This document shows, in pieces, positions 35,020 to 45,393 of a DNA stretch of 64,000 nt. The notes under the pieces are model-generated. The model was not told the DNA's origin, made no database searches, and was given only the letters and a program-made list of their open reading frames with translations. The translations under genes and the position numbers were made by a program. Source of the stretch: a virus (Duplodnaviria > Heunggongvirae > Uroviricota > Caudoviricetes); IMG/VR virus record IMGVR_UViG_3300031420_000496, positions 5,472-69,471 of that record. One strand, written 5' to 3'. Positions within the stretch are counted from its first letter, which is position 1, and each line of letters starts with the position of its first letter.

Positions 35020-36672
35020 TTACTTCGTGGAGTACAACACAATTTCCACGCGGCGGTTCTGAGCATCCGAACCGATCGGCTGCGTGTCGCCGAAGCCGCG
35101 GGTCGAGATACGCTCGGCCGGGAAGTTGCTCGGCGCATTCGCGCGGAGGAAGTTCGCCACTGCTTCAGCACGCTTCTTCGACAGGGCCAGGTTTGCTTCC
35201 GGATTACCCTTGCTGTCGGTGTGACCGTTGATTTGCACCGACAGGCCCGAGACAGCGATCTGGTCCAGCAGCTCGTTCAGCACAGCGATCGATGCCGGCT
35301 TGAAGGTCGTCTTGCCGGTGTCGAACTCGATGCTGTACGACTTGTTACCGACGACCTCGGACTTCTGGCCACCGTACGTCGGCGTAGCAGCCGATTCGAC
35401 GCTCACGTTCGAGTTCTGCAGCAGGCCCTCGAGATACGAGGTGTTCACAACTTGATCGTACGGAATCAGCTTCGGCAGGTTGTCCGGGAAGTACTTGACC
35501 GCGATGTTGCCGTACACGTTGTACACTTTCTTGTACAGGTTGTCGGCGCCTTTCAGGCCGAACAAGAACGCATTGTCTGCGAGTCCGTTCGTGGTCGAGC
35601 CGCCGAGCGATACGCCGTTTTCAGTCGTGCCCTTGAAGTACTTGGCCCAGTAGTTCGCATCGCCTTCGCCATACACCTTGGCTTCGACCGCGCCGGCTTT
35701 CAGCAGTGCTTGATCGCTGCTGCGAACTGCTTCACCGCCTTCGAATGCTGCCGCCAGGAAAGCCTTCACCTCGTTCGGGTGTGCAGCCATCCACTTCTTA
35801 TTGCCGATCACGACGGCCGGCATCTGCCATGCGTATTCTTTCGTCGACGCCAGCACCTTGATGTTGCCGCGCTTCGTTGCAACTTTGACATCGCCCGGGG
35901 TCCAGGTTGCGGTACCGTTGATCGGATGGCCGCGGTCGCTTGCGCCAGCGATGAACTTCTCGTCGCCGTCGGTGAAGGACGAAACGCCCACGAAGTTCAT
36001 CGCTTCCGGATCGTAGGTCTTCGGATCGGAGTTGACCTTGATGCCGTTGTCGGCCGCATACTTGATGCAGATGTTGATGTCGCCATCGCCGAGCACGCCA
36101 GCAATCAGCGAACCCTGCGGACGTGCATTCTTGTCGATGATGCACTTGTCTTCGCCGCGGCTGTAGCCCAGTGCGCCCACCACTTCGACGGATTGGTCGA
36201 ACGGCTTCAGTGCGTCGTTGGCGCCCTTGACGAATGCCGGATAGCCGTCGCCCATGATGACGACGAAGTGCACGCCGGTCGAGTTGTCTTTGGCGAACGA
36301 TGCCAGATCGGCGATCATCTTGCTGTAGTCGTCTTCGCGACGGATGTTGACCTTCAGGCCACGCTTCGCCATCAGCGAATCGGAGGTCGTGTCGGCGTCG
36401 CCGTTGGCGTAGTGCATGCCGGCCGTCGCGTTCCATGCGAGGGTCTTGACGCGGATGGTTTCGTGCGAGTTCACTGCTGCAGTGGTGATGGTGCCGGTCG
36501 ACGCGGTCTGGTTTGCAGCTGCAGTTGGGAGGTCGATCTTGTCCGGCACGGATGCTTCGATCGTAGCGCGCGACTTGAAGTAGCCTTTATTCATCGCGGT
36601 GTGAACGCCGAAGCCGACACCAGCGAGAACGACTGCGACCAGAATTGCTTTTGGCAAAGGTTTGAGTTTCAT
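35020..36672 (-). CDS. membrane-anchored SBP-like protein fused to C-terminal OmpA/MotB-type peptidoglycan-binding domain
   Basis: N-terminus MKLKPLPKAILVAVVLAGVGFG paralogous to anchor of 29405-30514; C-terminus NGHTDSKGNPEANLALSKKRAEAV..RRVEIVLY is OmpA_C-like. Confidence 0.65.
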   Translation of the reverse strand: MKLKPLPKAILVAVVLAGVGFGVHTAMNKGYFKSRATIEASVPDKIDLPTAAANQTASTGTITTAAVNSHETIRVKTLAWNATAGMHYANGDADTTSDSLMAKRGLKVNIRREDDYSKMIADLASFAKDNSTGVHFVVIMGDGYPAFVKGANDALKPFDQSVEVVGALGYSRGEDKCIIDKNARPQGSLIAGVLGDGDINICIKYAADNGIKVNSDPKTYDPEAMNFVGVSSFTDGDEKFIAGASDRGHPINGTATWTPGDVKVATKRGNIKVLASTKEYAWQMPAVVIGNKKWMAAHPNEVKAFLAAAFEGGEAVRSSDQALLKAGAVEAKVYGEGDANYWAKYFKGTTENGVSLGGSTTNGLADNAFLFGLKGADNLYKKVYNVYGNIAVKYFPDNLPKLIPYDQVVNTSYLEGLLQNSNVSVESAATPTYGGQKSEVVGNKSYSIEFDTGKTTFKPASIAVLNELLDQIAVSGLSVQINGHTDSKGNPEANLALSKKRAEAVANFLRANAPSNFPAERISTRGFGDTQPIGSDAQNRRVEIVLYSTK

Positions 36673-36783
36673 TTAATTTCCTTCAAAGTTAATAAACTAA
36701 GCCCTGTCAGACTTTAGGTTTTCGGTTACTAAAAAGAGCCGATGAGTGCATTATACACCCATCGACGAATTTCGTGTTGATTT

Positions 36784-37542
36784 TTATTGCTTGATTGTAT
36801 TGCGGTTGAAAGCGAACGTTTTTGTTTTACCGCCGACAGTGACTTCAAACCGCATTTCATCATTGGCGGTCACATTGTCATCACAGCAGTTTTTTACCAT
36901 CAGTTGCGCGTCGACATTGGCTTGTGGCAATACAGTGTTTTGTTGCAGCAATGCTTGTGCGCGAACTTCGTCGTTTGCTGCGTACCGTTCAATTTGATTG
37001 ATGCTTACACCAGTTGCTGCGCCAACAGTACCAGCAGCCAGCATACCAGCGGCAGGATTGTACGTATTGATTTGGCCGCCGCCGATCCAACCATTACGAC
37101 CGTAGGCGTTGTACGTTGTTGTTTGGTGCGATGCCGAGTGCGCAGCAGATGCCGCTGCTACACCGCCGACAACGGCCATCAGAATTTGGGCTTTCATTTT
37201 ATTGCTACGGATTTCAGCAGTACGTTCTTCGAACGTGTAGAGGCCAACTTGTGCACCTCGCCAGAATACTTTCACGTTGGCGTTTGAAAAATCGACCGGC
37301 TTGTCAGTCTTATTCATGTAGTAAATGCTGAACGTTGGAATGGCACCTGAATTCAACAGTCGAAACGTTGGATAAATCACGATGTCGCCTTCTGGTTCTG
37401 ATGATGCCAGTGTTCCGACACCTTGCTTGAATACCAGCGTTGTATTTCCATCTGCTGGTTTTGATGCAGTGTATGTGTGAAGATTAGCGCAGCCACTGCA
37501 GACAATTGCAAGGCTAACAGCTGTAATAAGACGAGTTTTCAT
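36784..37542 (-). CDS. lipoprotein with Gly/Ala-rich segment
   Basis: lipobox IVCSGC; AVVGGVAAASAAHSASH. Confidence 0.5.
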   Translation of the reverse strand: MKTRLITAVSLAIVCSGCANLHTYTASKPADGNTTLVFKQGVGTLASSEPEGDIVIYPTFRLLNSGAIPTFSIYYMNKTDKPVDFSNANVKVFWRGAQVGLYTFEERTAEIRSNKMKAQILMAVVGGVAAASAAHSASHQTTTYNAYGRNGWIGGGQINTYNPAAGMLAAGTVGAATGVSINQIERYAANDEVRAQALLQQNTVLPQANVDAQLMVKNCCDDNVTANDEMRFEVTVGGKTKTFAFNRNTIKQ

Positions 37543-37610
37543 TTTATTTCCATTTTCAAGTTAGACAGCATGAGACACCAATGATGAACAGTTCATCATT
37601 GGTACAGAAA

Positions 37611-38642
37611 TTATTGATCTTTTTTGTTCAATAGTTGGCTGTAGTCGAACTGCTGAGCAGCCGGTTGGCCGATGCCGTTGTACAGAGTCGAGTCGTACGT
37701 GCTCTGTTCCAGCATCTGCTGTTTGTGGTTGCCGAGCAGGATCGAGTCAGCTTTGTTTTCCCACTCTTGCAGCTTCTTCAGTGCATCGGCTTCGTACACG
37801 CCGTTTTGCAGGTCCAGGCCTTCGACGAAACCTTTCGAGTTCTCGATGAAGTTCTCGATTTCGCCCATCTTCATGCCGTAGTCGTTGACGACATATTCCA
37901 TCGCTTGGTCGAACAGCTCGCGTTGATCGGTGCCGCCCATCAGAATCTTCTTCGCAGTCGACATGGCCGAGTACGATTCTTGAATCATCTTGCGCTGCAT
38001 CTCTTGCGCCTTCACTTCGTTGTGCAGGTCGTCGATGACGGTGCCAGTCACTTCGTAGTATTTCATCAGCGCTTTGAGGTGGACTTCCATCTGCAACAGC
38101 AGCGGCTTCAGCGATTCCTTGTTCAACTTCTCGAGTCGGCCGGCTTGACGCGATGCGACGGTTGCAGCAGAGCCCAGACCTTTTTCATGCGCGACCTTGA
38201 ACGTGGACATCTGCTTTTCGTACTCGATGTCGTTCTGCTCGACTTGTTTCTTGCAGACCTGTACTTGTCCTCGCAGCTTCGCGATGGATTCTTCCATGAT
38301 GCCGCGTTTGGACTTCAGATCGTCGATGTACGACTTCATGATGCCGATCGGATCGATTTCGACGAAGGCGCCGGTGATCTTTCGCATCACGCTCTTGAAC
38401 CCGTACGCGATCAGCGTTTGGAACTTGCTGTTCGTCAGGATCATGATGAGCCCGAAGAGGATCGCGCCGAGCACCGTGATCGCGATGCCTTGGCCCAGCA
38501 GGTTGATGATCTTGCCGAACAGCCGCGTGAGGAAGTCCAGCGAGAAGTATGCTGCCACCACTCCGAGCCCGATGGCAAACATACCGGTCGTACCTTCCGG
38601 ACGTTCCCAGAAGGATTTTGGTTTGAATTCGTTAGTCGACAT
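37611..38642 (-). CDS. membrane protein with long coiled-coil region
   Basis: two N-terminal TM helices then heptad-rich region. Confidence 0.5.
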   Translation of the reverse strand: MSTNEFKPKSFWERPEGTTGMFAIGLGVVAAYFSLDFLTRLFGKIINLLGQGIAITVLGAILFGLIMILTNSKFQTLIAYGFKSVMRKITGAFVEIDPIGIMKSYIDDLKSKRGIMEESIAKLRGQVQVCKKQVEQNDIEYEKQMSTFKVAHEKGLGSAATVASRQAGRLEKLNKESLKPLLLQMEVHLKALMKYYEVTGTVIDDLHNEVKAQEMQRKMIQESYSAMSTAKKILMGGTDQRELFDQAMEYVVNDYGMKMGEIENFIENSKGFVEGLDLQNGVYEADALKKLQEWENKADSILLGNHKQQMLEQSTYDSTLYNGIGQPAAQQFDYSQLLNKKDQ

Positions 38643-38654
38643 GGCTTTTCCTTT

Positions 38655-39350
38655 TTAGCCGAGGGTGGAGAGAATGGTTGCTTTGTGGCCGTTCAGTTCG
38701 TTGCGGACGTGTGCTGCGGCAGCTTTGAATTCTACCTCAGCTTGACGCAGTTCTGCTTCTTTCGACGCGGCTTGCGCATTGAAATTGTGCAGTGCGGTCG
38801 TCTGCTCGATCGTCTGTTGCTGCAGCGTCGCGATGCGTTGCTGCAGACTTTGGATTTCGTTGTTGGCGGCGTTCACTGCAGCTTCAGCTTGACCAGCTTG
38901 TGCTTTCAGTCCGCCGACTTCCGACTTGATCTTGCCTTCCAGTGCTTGGCCGAAAGACATCTCTGCAGCGTCGACGTCGGCCAAGTGAATCGTCACTGCG
39001 TCAGCGAATTCCTTAGCTGCACGACCTGCGCCGGCAGTTTTCTGTGCCGCCTTCAGTCGCATCGTCGGATCGGGAATCACGTCGGCGAGTTGATCTGCCG
39101 CGTTCATCAGAGCCGTGAGCGCAGTGTTGCGGCCCATCGTTTGCTTGCGAATTGCCGCCACCATTTCTTGGTTGACGGCGGTCGGCGCCGAGAACGACAT
39201 GCCACTGCCGACGGTCGTTGCCGGTCGTGGAGTTTGCGCCGGGGCTTGCTGCTGTTGCGGCGCCCCTTGCGGGGCTTCTGCTGCAGGTTGCGAACCGTCG
39301 CTTTCGAACAGCGAGTTCTTCAGTCCGCTGAGGAGATTACCGAATGCCAT
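38655..39350 (-). CDS. hypothetical coiled-coil protein (Gln/Ala-rich N-terminus)
   Basis: 231-aa ORF. Confidence 0.5.
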   Translation of the reverse strand: MAFGNLLSGLKNSLFESDGSQPAAEAPQGAPQQQQAPAQTPRPATTVGSGMSFSAPTAVNQEMVAAIRKQTMGRNTALTALMNAADQLADVIPDPTMRLKAAQKTAGAGRAAKEFADAVTIHLADVDAAEMSFGQALEGKIKSEVGGLKAQAGQAEAAVNAANNEIQSLQQRIATLQQQTIEQTTALHNFNAQAASKEAELRQAEVEFKAAAAHVRNELNGHKATILSTLG

Positions 39351-39365
39351 GATGTTGTCCTTTGA

Positions 39366-39944
39366 TTAACGGCCGAAGTCCGGCGCTGCTTGTTTCTTGG
39401 TGCGGAACGCTTCGCTCGCGCCTTCGCTCGAGATGATGACGTACTTGTTCAGGTCGATCTTCGGATAACCGGCGACACCGAGCCAGAAGCCTTGCCACGG
39501 CGAACCGAGCGCGGTCTCGTACGAACGCTTGATGTCGAGCATCTGCGTCTGCGAAACCTGGAATTCTTTCTGCGTCGATTCGACGACTTGCTGCACCTTG
39601 CGATACAGCTGCGGGTCCTGCACCGGGTTTTGCTCGGTGATCGATTGGAACACGGCCTTCGAGCCGTCGGCACCGTAGCGGCCGGTCACTGCTGCCTTGA
39701 ACAGATCAATCTGATCTTGCGTGGCCATCTTGGTCACGCCGGCGACGCCTTTCAGTTGCTGATAGCCGGACGACAGGACGTTCTCGTTGTCGCTATACTT
39801 CGCCTTCAGCTGCTGCTCGGTGCGGTTACCGTACGATGCCGCGCTGAAGTAGCTTGCACCGACTCCGAGCAGTACCGCGCCGAAGACACCAGCGACGACC
39901 AGACCAGTTACCAGACCCGAACCTTGTTGACGTTTCAGTTTCAT
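39366..39944 (-). CDS. membrane-anchored protein (possibly LemA-like)
   Basis: N-terminal TM, ~190 aa; weak LemA resemblance. Confidence 0.4.
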   Translation of the reverse strand: MKLKRQQGSGLVTGLVVAGVFGAVLLGVGASYFSAASYGNRTEQQLKAKYSDNENVLSSGYQQLKGVAGVTKMATQDQIDLFKAAVTGRYGADGSKAVFQSITEQNPVQDPQLYRKVQQVVESTQKEFQVSQTQMLDIKRSYETALGSPWQGFWLGVAGYPKIDLNKYVIISSEGASEAFRTKKQAAPDFGR

Positions 39945-40009
39945 TTTGTTTGTTTCCGAAAGAGTTTTGATGTAGAGATTATACGGCGGATTCTAATTCT
40001 TGTACAGGC

Positions 40010-41095
40010 TTATTTTCGCTTTTGGATGAAGACGTACGTACCGACTGCGCCAACGATCAGCAGAGCAATCAGCGTTGTGACGAGCCAATCAGGCGGATCG
40101 ATTTCGCCGCTCAGATACTCGAATTCTTTCATCTGACGACGAACGAAGTTCTGTTCTATCTGCGATGCGCACATGGTCACCAGCGAACGGTCGATCGTGC
40201 CTTTGTCCATCACTGCATCGCGCAGTTGTACTTTGAACGTTTCGTTCTTGGTCCAGCTCAACACACGCACGAAGTCGATCTTCGGATATTGCGTGCTGCC
40301 AACGATCAGCACGACGTCGTTCTTGTTTGCACCTTCCCATGCATCGCGCAGTGCATACTCGTAGTTCGGATCATCCGTCTTCGCCACGACGACGATCAGA
40401 TTCACTTGCTTCTTCGGACCGAGGTCGCGCAGAATATTCGAGATGTCAGCATTCCATGCTGCCGTGTCTGCAATGCTCCAACCAGGCGTGAGGAAACGAT
40501 CGACCTTGTACAGATCGTAAATCTTGTCCGGATATGCCGGAATCAGACCTGCGAACTTCTTCTTCAAATCAGCCGCTGCCGGTGTGAAGAGAGAATTCGG
40601 AACTGCCTGCACGTAGTTCGTATATTGATGCGTCTTCGCTGCTGGATCACCAGTTTGCACGACGGTGTATCGCGACGGGTCGGGTTCATGATAGACGCTT
40701 CGCGATGTGCGGTCGAGCTTGTCGATTTGATAGTCGCCAATAGTCGTGTTGACGTTCCACTCGACGGTGTAATGGGTTCGATAACACGTGTCGCAAACAC
40801 GACTGGTGGTTTTATTCTTGCCGCTTCCACTCGACACCGTCCGGCATCTGCATTCGTACGATTCTTCGTACGTGCCGTGCTCACGATCTTTCGAAACGAC
40901 TTTGCCGTTGAGCACTTCCGTGTCCCACACTTTCGAGCCGGTCGAGATGAAGAAGCACGACAACACCAGCGTAAGACCAACCGCCGCGTAGATGCCGGAG
41001 AACATCGGCGCTTCTTCTTTGTTGCGTGCAGCGATGTACAACACCAGCGCAAGCACAATCGGAATTACAAGAAGCCAGATCAGTGTTTGGTTCAT
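40010..41095 (-). CDS. membrane protein with Cys cluster
   Basis: N- and C-terminal TM helices; ECRCRT..RVCDTCYRTH. Confidence 0.5.
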   Translation of the reverse strand: MNQTLIWLLVIPIVLALVLYIAARNKEEAPMFSGIYAAVGLTLVLSCFFISTGSKVWDTEVLNGKVVSKDREHGTYEESYECRCRTVSSGSGKNKTTSRVCDTCYRTHYTVEWNVNTTIGDYQIDKLDRTSRSVYHEPDPSRYTVVQTGDPAAKTHQYTNYVQAVPNSLFTPAAADLKKKFAGLIPAYPDKIYDLYKVDRFLTPGWSIADTAAWNADISNILRDLGPKKQVNLIVVVAKTDDPNYEYALRDAWEGANKNDVVLIVGSTQYPKIDFVRVLSWTKNETFKVQLRDAVMDKGTIDRSLVTMCASQIEQNFVRRQMKEFEYLSGEIDPPDWLVTTLIALLIVGAVGTYVFIQKRK

Positions 41096-41097
41096 GA

Positions 41098-41466
41098 TTA
41101 GTCGTAGTAAGAGATGGTCGATGCTTTGGCGGCCTTCGGGCAGGTGAAGGAGAAATACTTCGAGTACGCCGGATCAGCATACTTGGCGAGGTTGATGCGC
41201 ACGCCACCTTGTTTCCAGTGGTAGCTCGTGCCATCGTCGGCCAGCTCCCACACATCGGGGTTTGCAGCCAGCCATGCGACGAGCAGACGGCGGTCGGCCG
41301 CCGGAATGTCGCCGGTCTTGTACGAACGATTGGAGAACGGATTGCTGTCCGATTGGAAAGCGTGTTTGGTGACGTTGAAGTGCTTGGACAGCCAGCTGAA
41401 CACCGAAGCAGGGTTGCTGGTTTTCGGAGTGACGGGGATGGTTGCTGCTTTCGATGCTTTGCTCAT
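41098..41466 (-). CDS. hypothetical protein
   Basis: 122-aa ORF. Confidence 0.45.
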   Translation of the reverse strand: MSKASKAATIPVTPKTSNPASVFSWLSKHFNVTKHAFQSDSNPFSNRSYKTGDIPAADRRLLVAWLAANPDVWELADDGTSYHWKQGGVRINLAKYADPAYSKYFSFTCPKAAKASTISYYD

Positions 41467-41530
41467 GATGCGTCCTGTTGGTCAGTTGATGTAGAGATTA
41501 TACCGAATGACCAACAGGATGTAAAGTACT

Positions 41531-41965
41531 TTATGCGCCTTTACCTTTCGGAAGTGCGCCGATACTGAGGAAGTGGAATTGCGTGACAACACCATTAGGA
41601 TCAACCATCGCTTGACCGGCAGTGCGGAAGTCGGCACCGGTCAAGTCGTATATTGACTGCAGCACTTTGCCATGCGGCAACGCCGGCAGAATCAGAATCC
41701 TCGCAATCACTTGGTCGCCGTCGATACGCATGTCCAGCACTTTATGGGAAACGTGATTCAACGGAATGAAGCCTTGATTCAGATCATCCATGAAGCAACC
41801 CAACACTGGGTATTGAACTTTAGCCAATGCGTTGACCATGACGTCAGTTGGATACGTACGTCCATTTTTGTTGGGCGTATCCAATCGCATCACGACAGCT
41901 TCAAACGAATGTGCCCGCTCACGTAGCCCGGTCAGTAGGTCAGGGCTGATTTGTGTTTCGATCAT
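41531..41965 (-). CDS. hypothetical protein
   Basis: 144-aa ORF. Confidence 0.45.
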   Translation of the reverse strand: MIETQISPDLLTGLRERAHSFEAVVMRLDTPNKNGRTYPTDVMVNALAKVQYPVLGCFMDDLNQGFIPLNHVSHKVLDMRIDGDQVIARILILPALPHGKVLQSIYDLTGADFRTAGQAMVDPNGVVTQFHFLSIGALPKGKGA

Positions 41966-42131
41966 TTTCCTATTGCATCTTCGATGATGAGAGTTTCACC
42001 TGCGGGAGTATGCTTGTACTTGTTCCACCAAGCAACAGCGCAAACTCCACACAGGCAAAGCTTTATTGGACCGGCAGAAGTCAGATATTGAAAGCTGACT
42101 TCTGCGCGGTCGTCACACCCGTTCTCGCATT

Positions 42132-43562
42132 TCATTTTTCTTGTTCGAGGTACAGGTTGCTGATGGCCTTGAACTGGTGCGAACCGTCCATTGCTTTGAA
42201 CACCAGGCCTTCACGCACGTTGTTGTTCATGCTTGGGCCAATGGCGAACTGCAGCAGTTCGTCCATGTTCTTGATGCCCAGTTCTTCGAGCGTGACGCCA
42301 AAGTGCAGGGTCGGAACATGCTCGATCACGACGTTGATGTTCTCGACGCGGGCAATGCTGTTCATCTTTGCCACCAGCGACTTGCGCTCGCGCGGAGTCA
42401 TGAACTCGCCTTTGTCGATGTCGAAGATGTTGTAGACGAAGAAGCGATTGGTCTTGAAACCTTCGCGGTTGCCTTGGATACCAGGACCCATCAGCTCGCC
42501 TTGAAGTGCGATGTCTTGACCGACGCTTCGCAGCACTTGCAGAATACCGCTGTTCGCCATCTGCACGAAGGCGTTGTCGTCGTTGCCTTCCATCTTCAGA
42601 TCGAGGTTACGCGAGCACACGCCTTCCAGCGGTTCGCCGCCGGCACCGTAACGATACACGGTCATCGAACTGCCGTCCATTTTCAGCGTGACTTCGTAAC
42701 GAGTGTCGCGGCTTGCTTGCGGCGGACGGACGAACTGCAGTACATCGCCGGTCATGCGCATACGACCAGCAGCGATTGCGGCGTCCTTGTCTTCTTGCGA
42801 CATTGCAGCGACGGCTTCTGCCGGAACCGGCGAGAAGGTTTCATCGTAGCCGAAGATTTGCGAGCCCATGTTCTGGCAACGTTCTTGGTCCGACTTGCGG
42901 AGGAACGTTGGGAAGTTACCCTTCGCCATGCCAGCCAGTTGTGCGTTGACAGGCTTGTCCCACTTCATGATGCCGAGCAGGCCAGTGAAGTTGATGTCGC
43001 GAATTTTTTCGACTTCGCTTTTCCCGATTCCCAGGCCGATCAGATGATCGATGATTTCCGGGAACGCATCGAGCGGAAGTGCGAGGCCTTGCGACAGCTG
43101 CTTGCGCAGGCGAATCGTTTTCAGTCGTGCACCTGGAATGTCGTTCCAGTTGATGGCGTTCTTTTCGAGGAACTTGAAACGTTCGTCCGACATTGGCAGG
43201 TACGAGTCGACCTCGAAGAAGACGCACAGGTCGCCAACTTTGAACTCGCCGGCTTTTACGACGACTGGCCAGCCTTCGACCATTGCTTTCTTGATCAGGT
43301 CGGCGCCAGGAATATCTTCGATCGAAGTGATTTGACGAACAGTCACCAGCTTGCGGCCGTCTGCCACAGCTTCGTCGACGAGTTGTTGGCGACGCAGCAC
43401 TTCAGCTTGTTCGGCTGCAGTTGCATCAGCTTCAAGATATGCCTGCATTTCTTCTTCGTTGGTAACGACAATGCCGTCTTTCAGAGCTTCAGCTTTCCAG
43501 CCGCCTTGTGCGATTTCTTGTGTTGGTTGTCCCATGGTATTTCCTTTAAAGTGGTTCGCCAA
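42132..43562 (-). CDS. ATP-dependent RNA-ligase-like nucleotidyltransferase with ~290-aa N-terminal extension
   Basis: ligase motif I KMDGS (VTLKMDGSSMTVY) and downstream GELMGPGIQGN. Confidence 0.55.
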   Translation of the reverse strand: MANHFKGNTMGQPTQEIAQGGWKAEALKDGIVVTNEEEMQAYLEADATAAEQAEVLRRQQLVDEAVADGRKLVTVRQITSIEDIPGADLIKKAMVEGWPVVVKAGEFKVGDLCVFFEVDSYLPMSDERFKFLEKNAINWNDIPGARLKTIRLRKQLSQGLALPLDAFPEIIDHLIGLGIGKSEVEKIRDINFTGLLGIMKWDKPVNAQLAGMAKGNFPTFLRKSDQERCQNMGSQIFGYDETFSPVPAEAVAAMSQEDKDAAIAAGRMRMTGDVLQFVRPPQASRDTRYEVTLKMDGSSMTVYRYGAGGEPLEGVCSRNLDLKMEGNDDNAFVQMANSGILQVLRSVGQDIALQGELMGPGIQGNREGFKTNRFFVYNIFDIDKGEFMTPRERKSLVAKMNSIARVENINVVIEHVPTLHFGVTLEELGIKNMDELLQFAIGPSMNNNVREGLVFKAMDGSHQFKAISNLYLEQEK

Positions 43563-44082
43563 TCATTTCGAATGGCAATGCAATTCGTGCTTGTTCTTCC
43601 GGATGTCCTTCGTGCGCTTTGATTGCTTTGCGCGCAGACTTCTTTCCTTCTTCGAGTCGATGCTCGCTGATCAACTCGGGATGATCCTTTCGGAATTGCA
43701 AGTCTTCTGGCGTCAGCGTGTTGCCGCGTCCGCCGTTACAAACTTCGCATGCAGGCCGCAGATTTTCGTTAACATCAACACCGCCCAAAGATTTTGGAAT
43801 GATGTGGTCACGATTCATCAGCACCAACTCGCCGTATCGCATGCCGTACAAATTGAGCACTGGATTTCCCATGTGCTTCGGCCCACGATCAGCAATCCAT
43901 CGGTCGGCAGCGCATCCGCACTTCCAACACGTGATTGGTTTGCCTTTGTATGTTTGAAAAAGATTCCAGCCCGAGCATTGAGATACTTGTCGGCCGCCAA
44001 CAAGACGGTCGTACTTTGTTTTCTCGAGGACTTCGAAACCTTCTTCTATCGTTAGTTCTTTATAGAAGATTAGCATGGAAAG
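43546..44082 (-). CDS. HNH endonuclease
   Basis: DHIIPKSLGG..NLRPACEVCN. Confidence 0.75.
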   Translation of the reverse strand, partial: LSMLIFYKELTIEEGFEVLEKTKYDRLVGGRQVSQCSGWNLFQTYKGKPITCWKCGCAADRWIADRGPKHMGNPVLNLYGMRYGELVLMNRDHIIPKSLGGVDVNENLRPACEVCNGGRGNTLTPEDLQFRKDHPELISEHRLEEGKKSARKAIKAHEGHPEEQARIALPFEMIGEPL

Positions 44083-44120
44083 CATTCTATCACGCGCAAT
44101 GTTGCTTGCACGCCAACATT

Positions 44121-44558
44121 TCAGTTGATGCCGTGATTTGTCAGTTCGCGCGACAGCTTGAGGAAAAGGAGAATGTTGAAACACCTGGCGTACGCTTCAC
44201 ACATCATCACTGGAGTTTCGACTTTCACTCCTTTGATTTCGAAGCCGGCAACCCAGCCGAGCTTCGATGATGGTGATGTTCCAGGCGCGTTGACGACGAC
44301 CGACAATCCGAGTTTGTTTTCAATTGTCGAAACGCCATTGAGGTCTGAGAGATAGTTCAGCTGTGGCATCGCCCACAATGGAACGCATGACAGAAAGTAA
44401 TCGTTGAGTCGATTGTTGCGAGCGAAGCGTTCCCAGTTTTCATTGATAAGGTCAGTGCAACGTACGGCAAGAGCCTCGATGGAAGGCGGAGCTTCCCGAG
44501 GCTTCTTTGGATTGAACATGTCAATCACATTATTCACTGACTTTCTCCGGGGTTGCAT
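44121..44558 (-). CDS. hypothetical protein
   Basis: 145-aa ORF. Confidence 0.4.
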   Translation of the reverse strand: MQPRRKSVNNVIDMFNPKKPREAPPSIEALAVRCTDLINENWERFARNNRLNDYFLSCVPLWAMPQLNYLSDLNGVSTIENKLGLSVVVNAPGTSPSSKLGWVAGFEIKGVKVETPVMMCEAYARCFNILLFLKLSRELTNHGIN

Positions 44559-45393
44559 GCCACATCGGTTTCACTGGCTCAACGTACTGCATGTTTTCGA
44601 TCGTGATGAACTTCGGCCCGAACAGATTGAAGATGGTGCCGTACTCTTGACGATAGCCCGATGGATTGCAGACGACGCGGCAACCATGCAGAATGCGGTC
44701 GATCGTATCGTGAGTGTGGCCGTGAATCCAAACTGCTGGTGCGTGTTCACCGCCCATCAAATCATCGCTGTGCGAAGCGAAGCCACCGTTGATTGCGCCA
44801 CCGAAACGTGGATGGCAAAGTTGGTACGATGGCATGTGATGGGTCGCGACAACGGTCTTGCCGTCGAACGGAGTTTCCAGCAATGCTTTGATCTTGCTCT
44901 TCTGCGAACGATACATCGTTTTCATATCGGCGACAGTGAATTTCTTGTCGCCAACACGTGCAAGACGGAAGTCGTTCAAGTAGCGGCCGATGTCTGCGTG
45001 TTCAGCAAGCGTCGATCCACCATCGCCCCACAGAGTACCGAAGATGAAGCGGACGCCTTCAAATTCCTCGACAGCAACATCGTTGCCACAGAATTTGATA
45101 TTGGGTGCTTCTTTGAGTGCTTCAGTAACAGCACGTTCCCACGAAGCAAACTCGTGGCCGTAGTATTCGTGGTTGCCTGGAATGTAGATGACTCGCATGA
45201 ACCGGTCTTTGAGCCAGCCCAGGAAAGGAATGAGTTGTGCGGGTTTCGAGCTGATGTCACCAGCAAGAACAAGTACGCTTTCCGAGTCGCGTGGATCGGG
45301 CGGTACAAAGCTGTTAGCTAAGAATTCCTCTCGTTGACCGAGTAGTTGTTCCAAGTGTAGGTCCGAAAGGACTCTGATATATTTTGGTTTCAT
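44530..45393 (-). CDS. calcineurin-like metallophosphoesterase
   Basis: LSDLHLE, GDIS, GNHE, GHTHD motifs. Confidence 0.8.
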   Translation of the reverse strand: MKPKYIRVLSDLHLEQLLGQREEFLANSFVPPDPRDSESVLVLAGDISSKPAQLIPFLGWLKDRFMRVIYIPGNHEYYGHEFASWERAVTEALKEAPNIKFCGNDVAVEEFEGVRFIFGTLWGDGGSTLAEHADIGRYLNDFRLARVGDKKFTVADMKTMYRSQKSKIKALLETPFDGKTVVATHHMPSYQLCHPRFGGAINGGFASHSDDLMGGEHAPAVWIHGHTHDTIDRILHGCRVVCNPSGYRQEYGTIFNLFGPKFITIENMQYVEPVKPMWHATPEKVSE

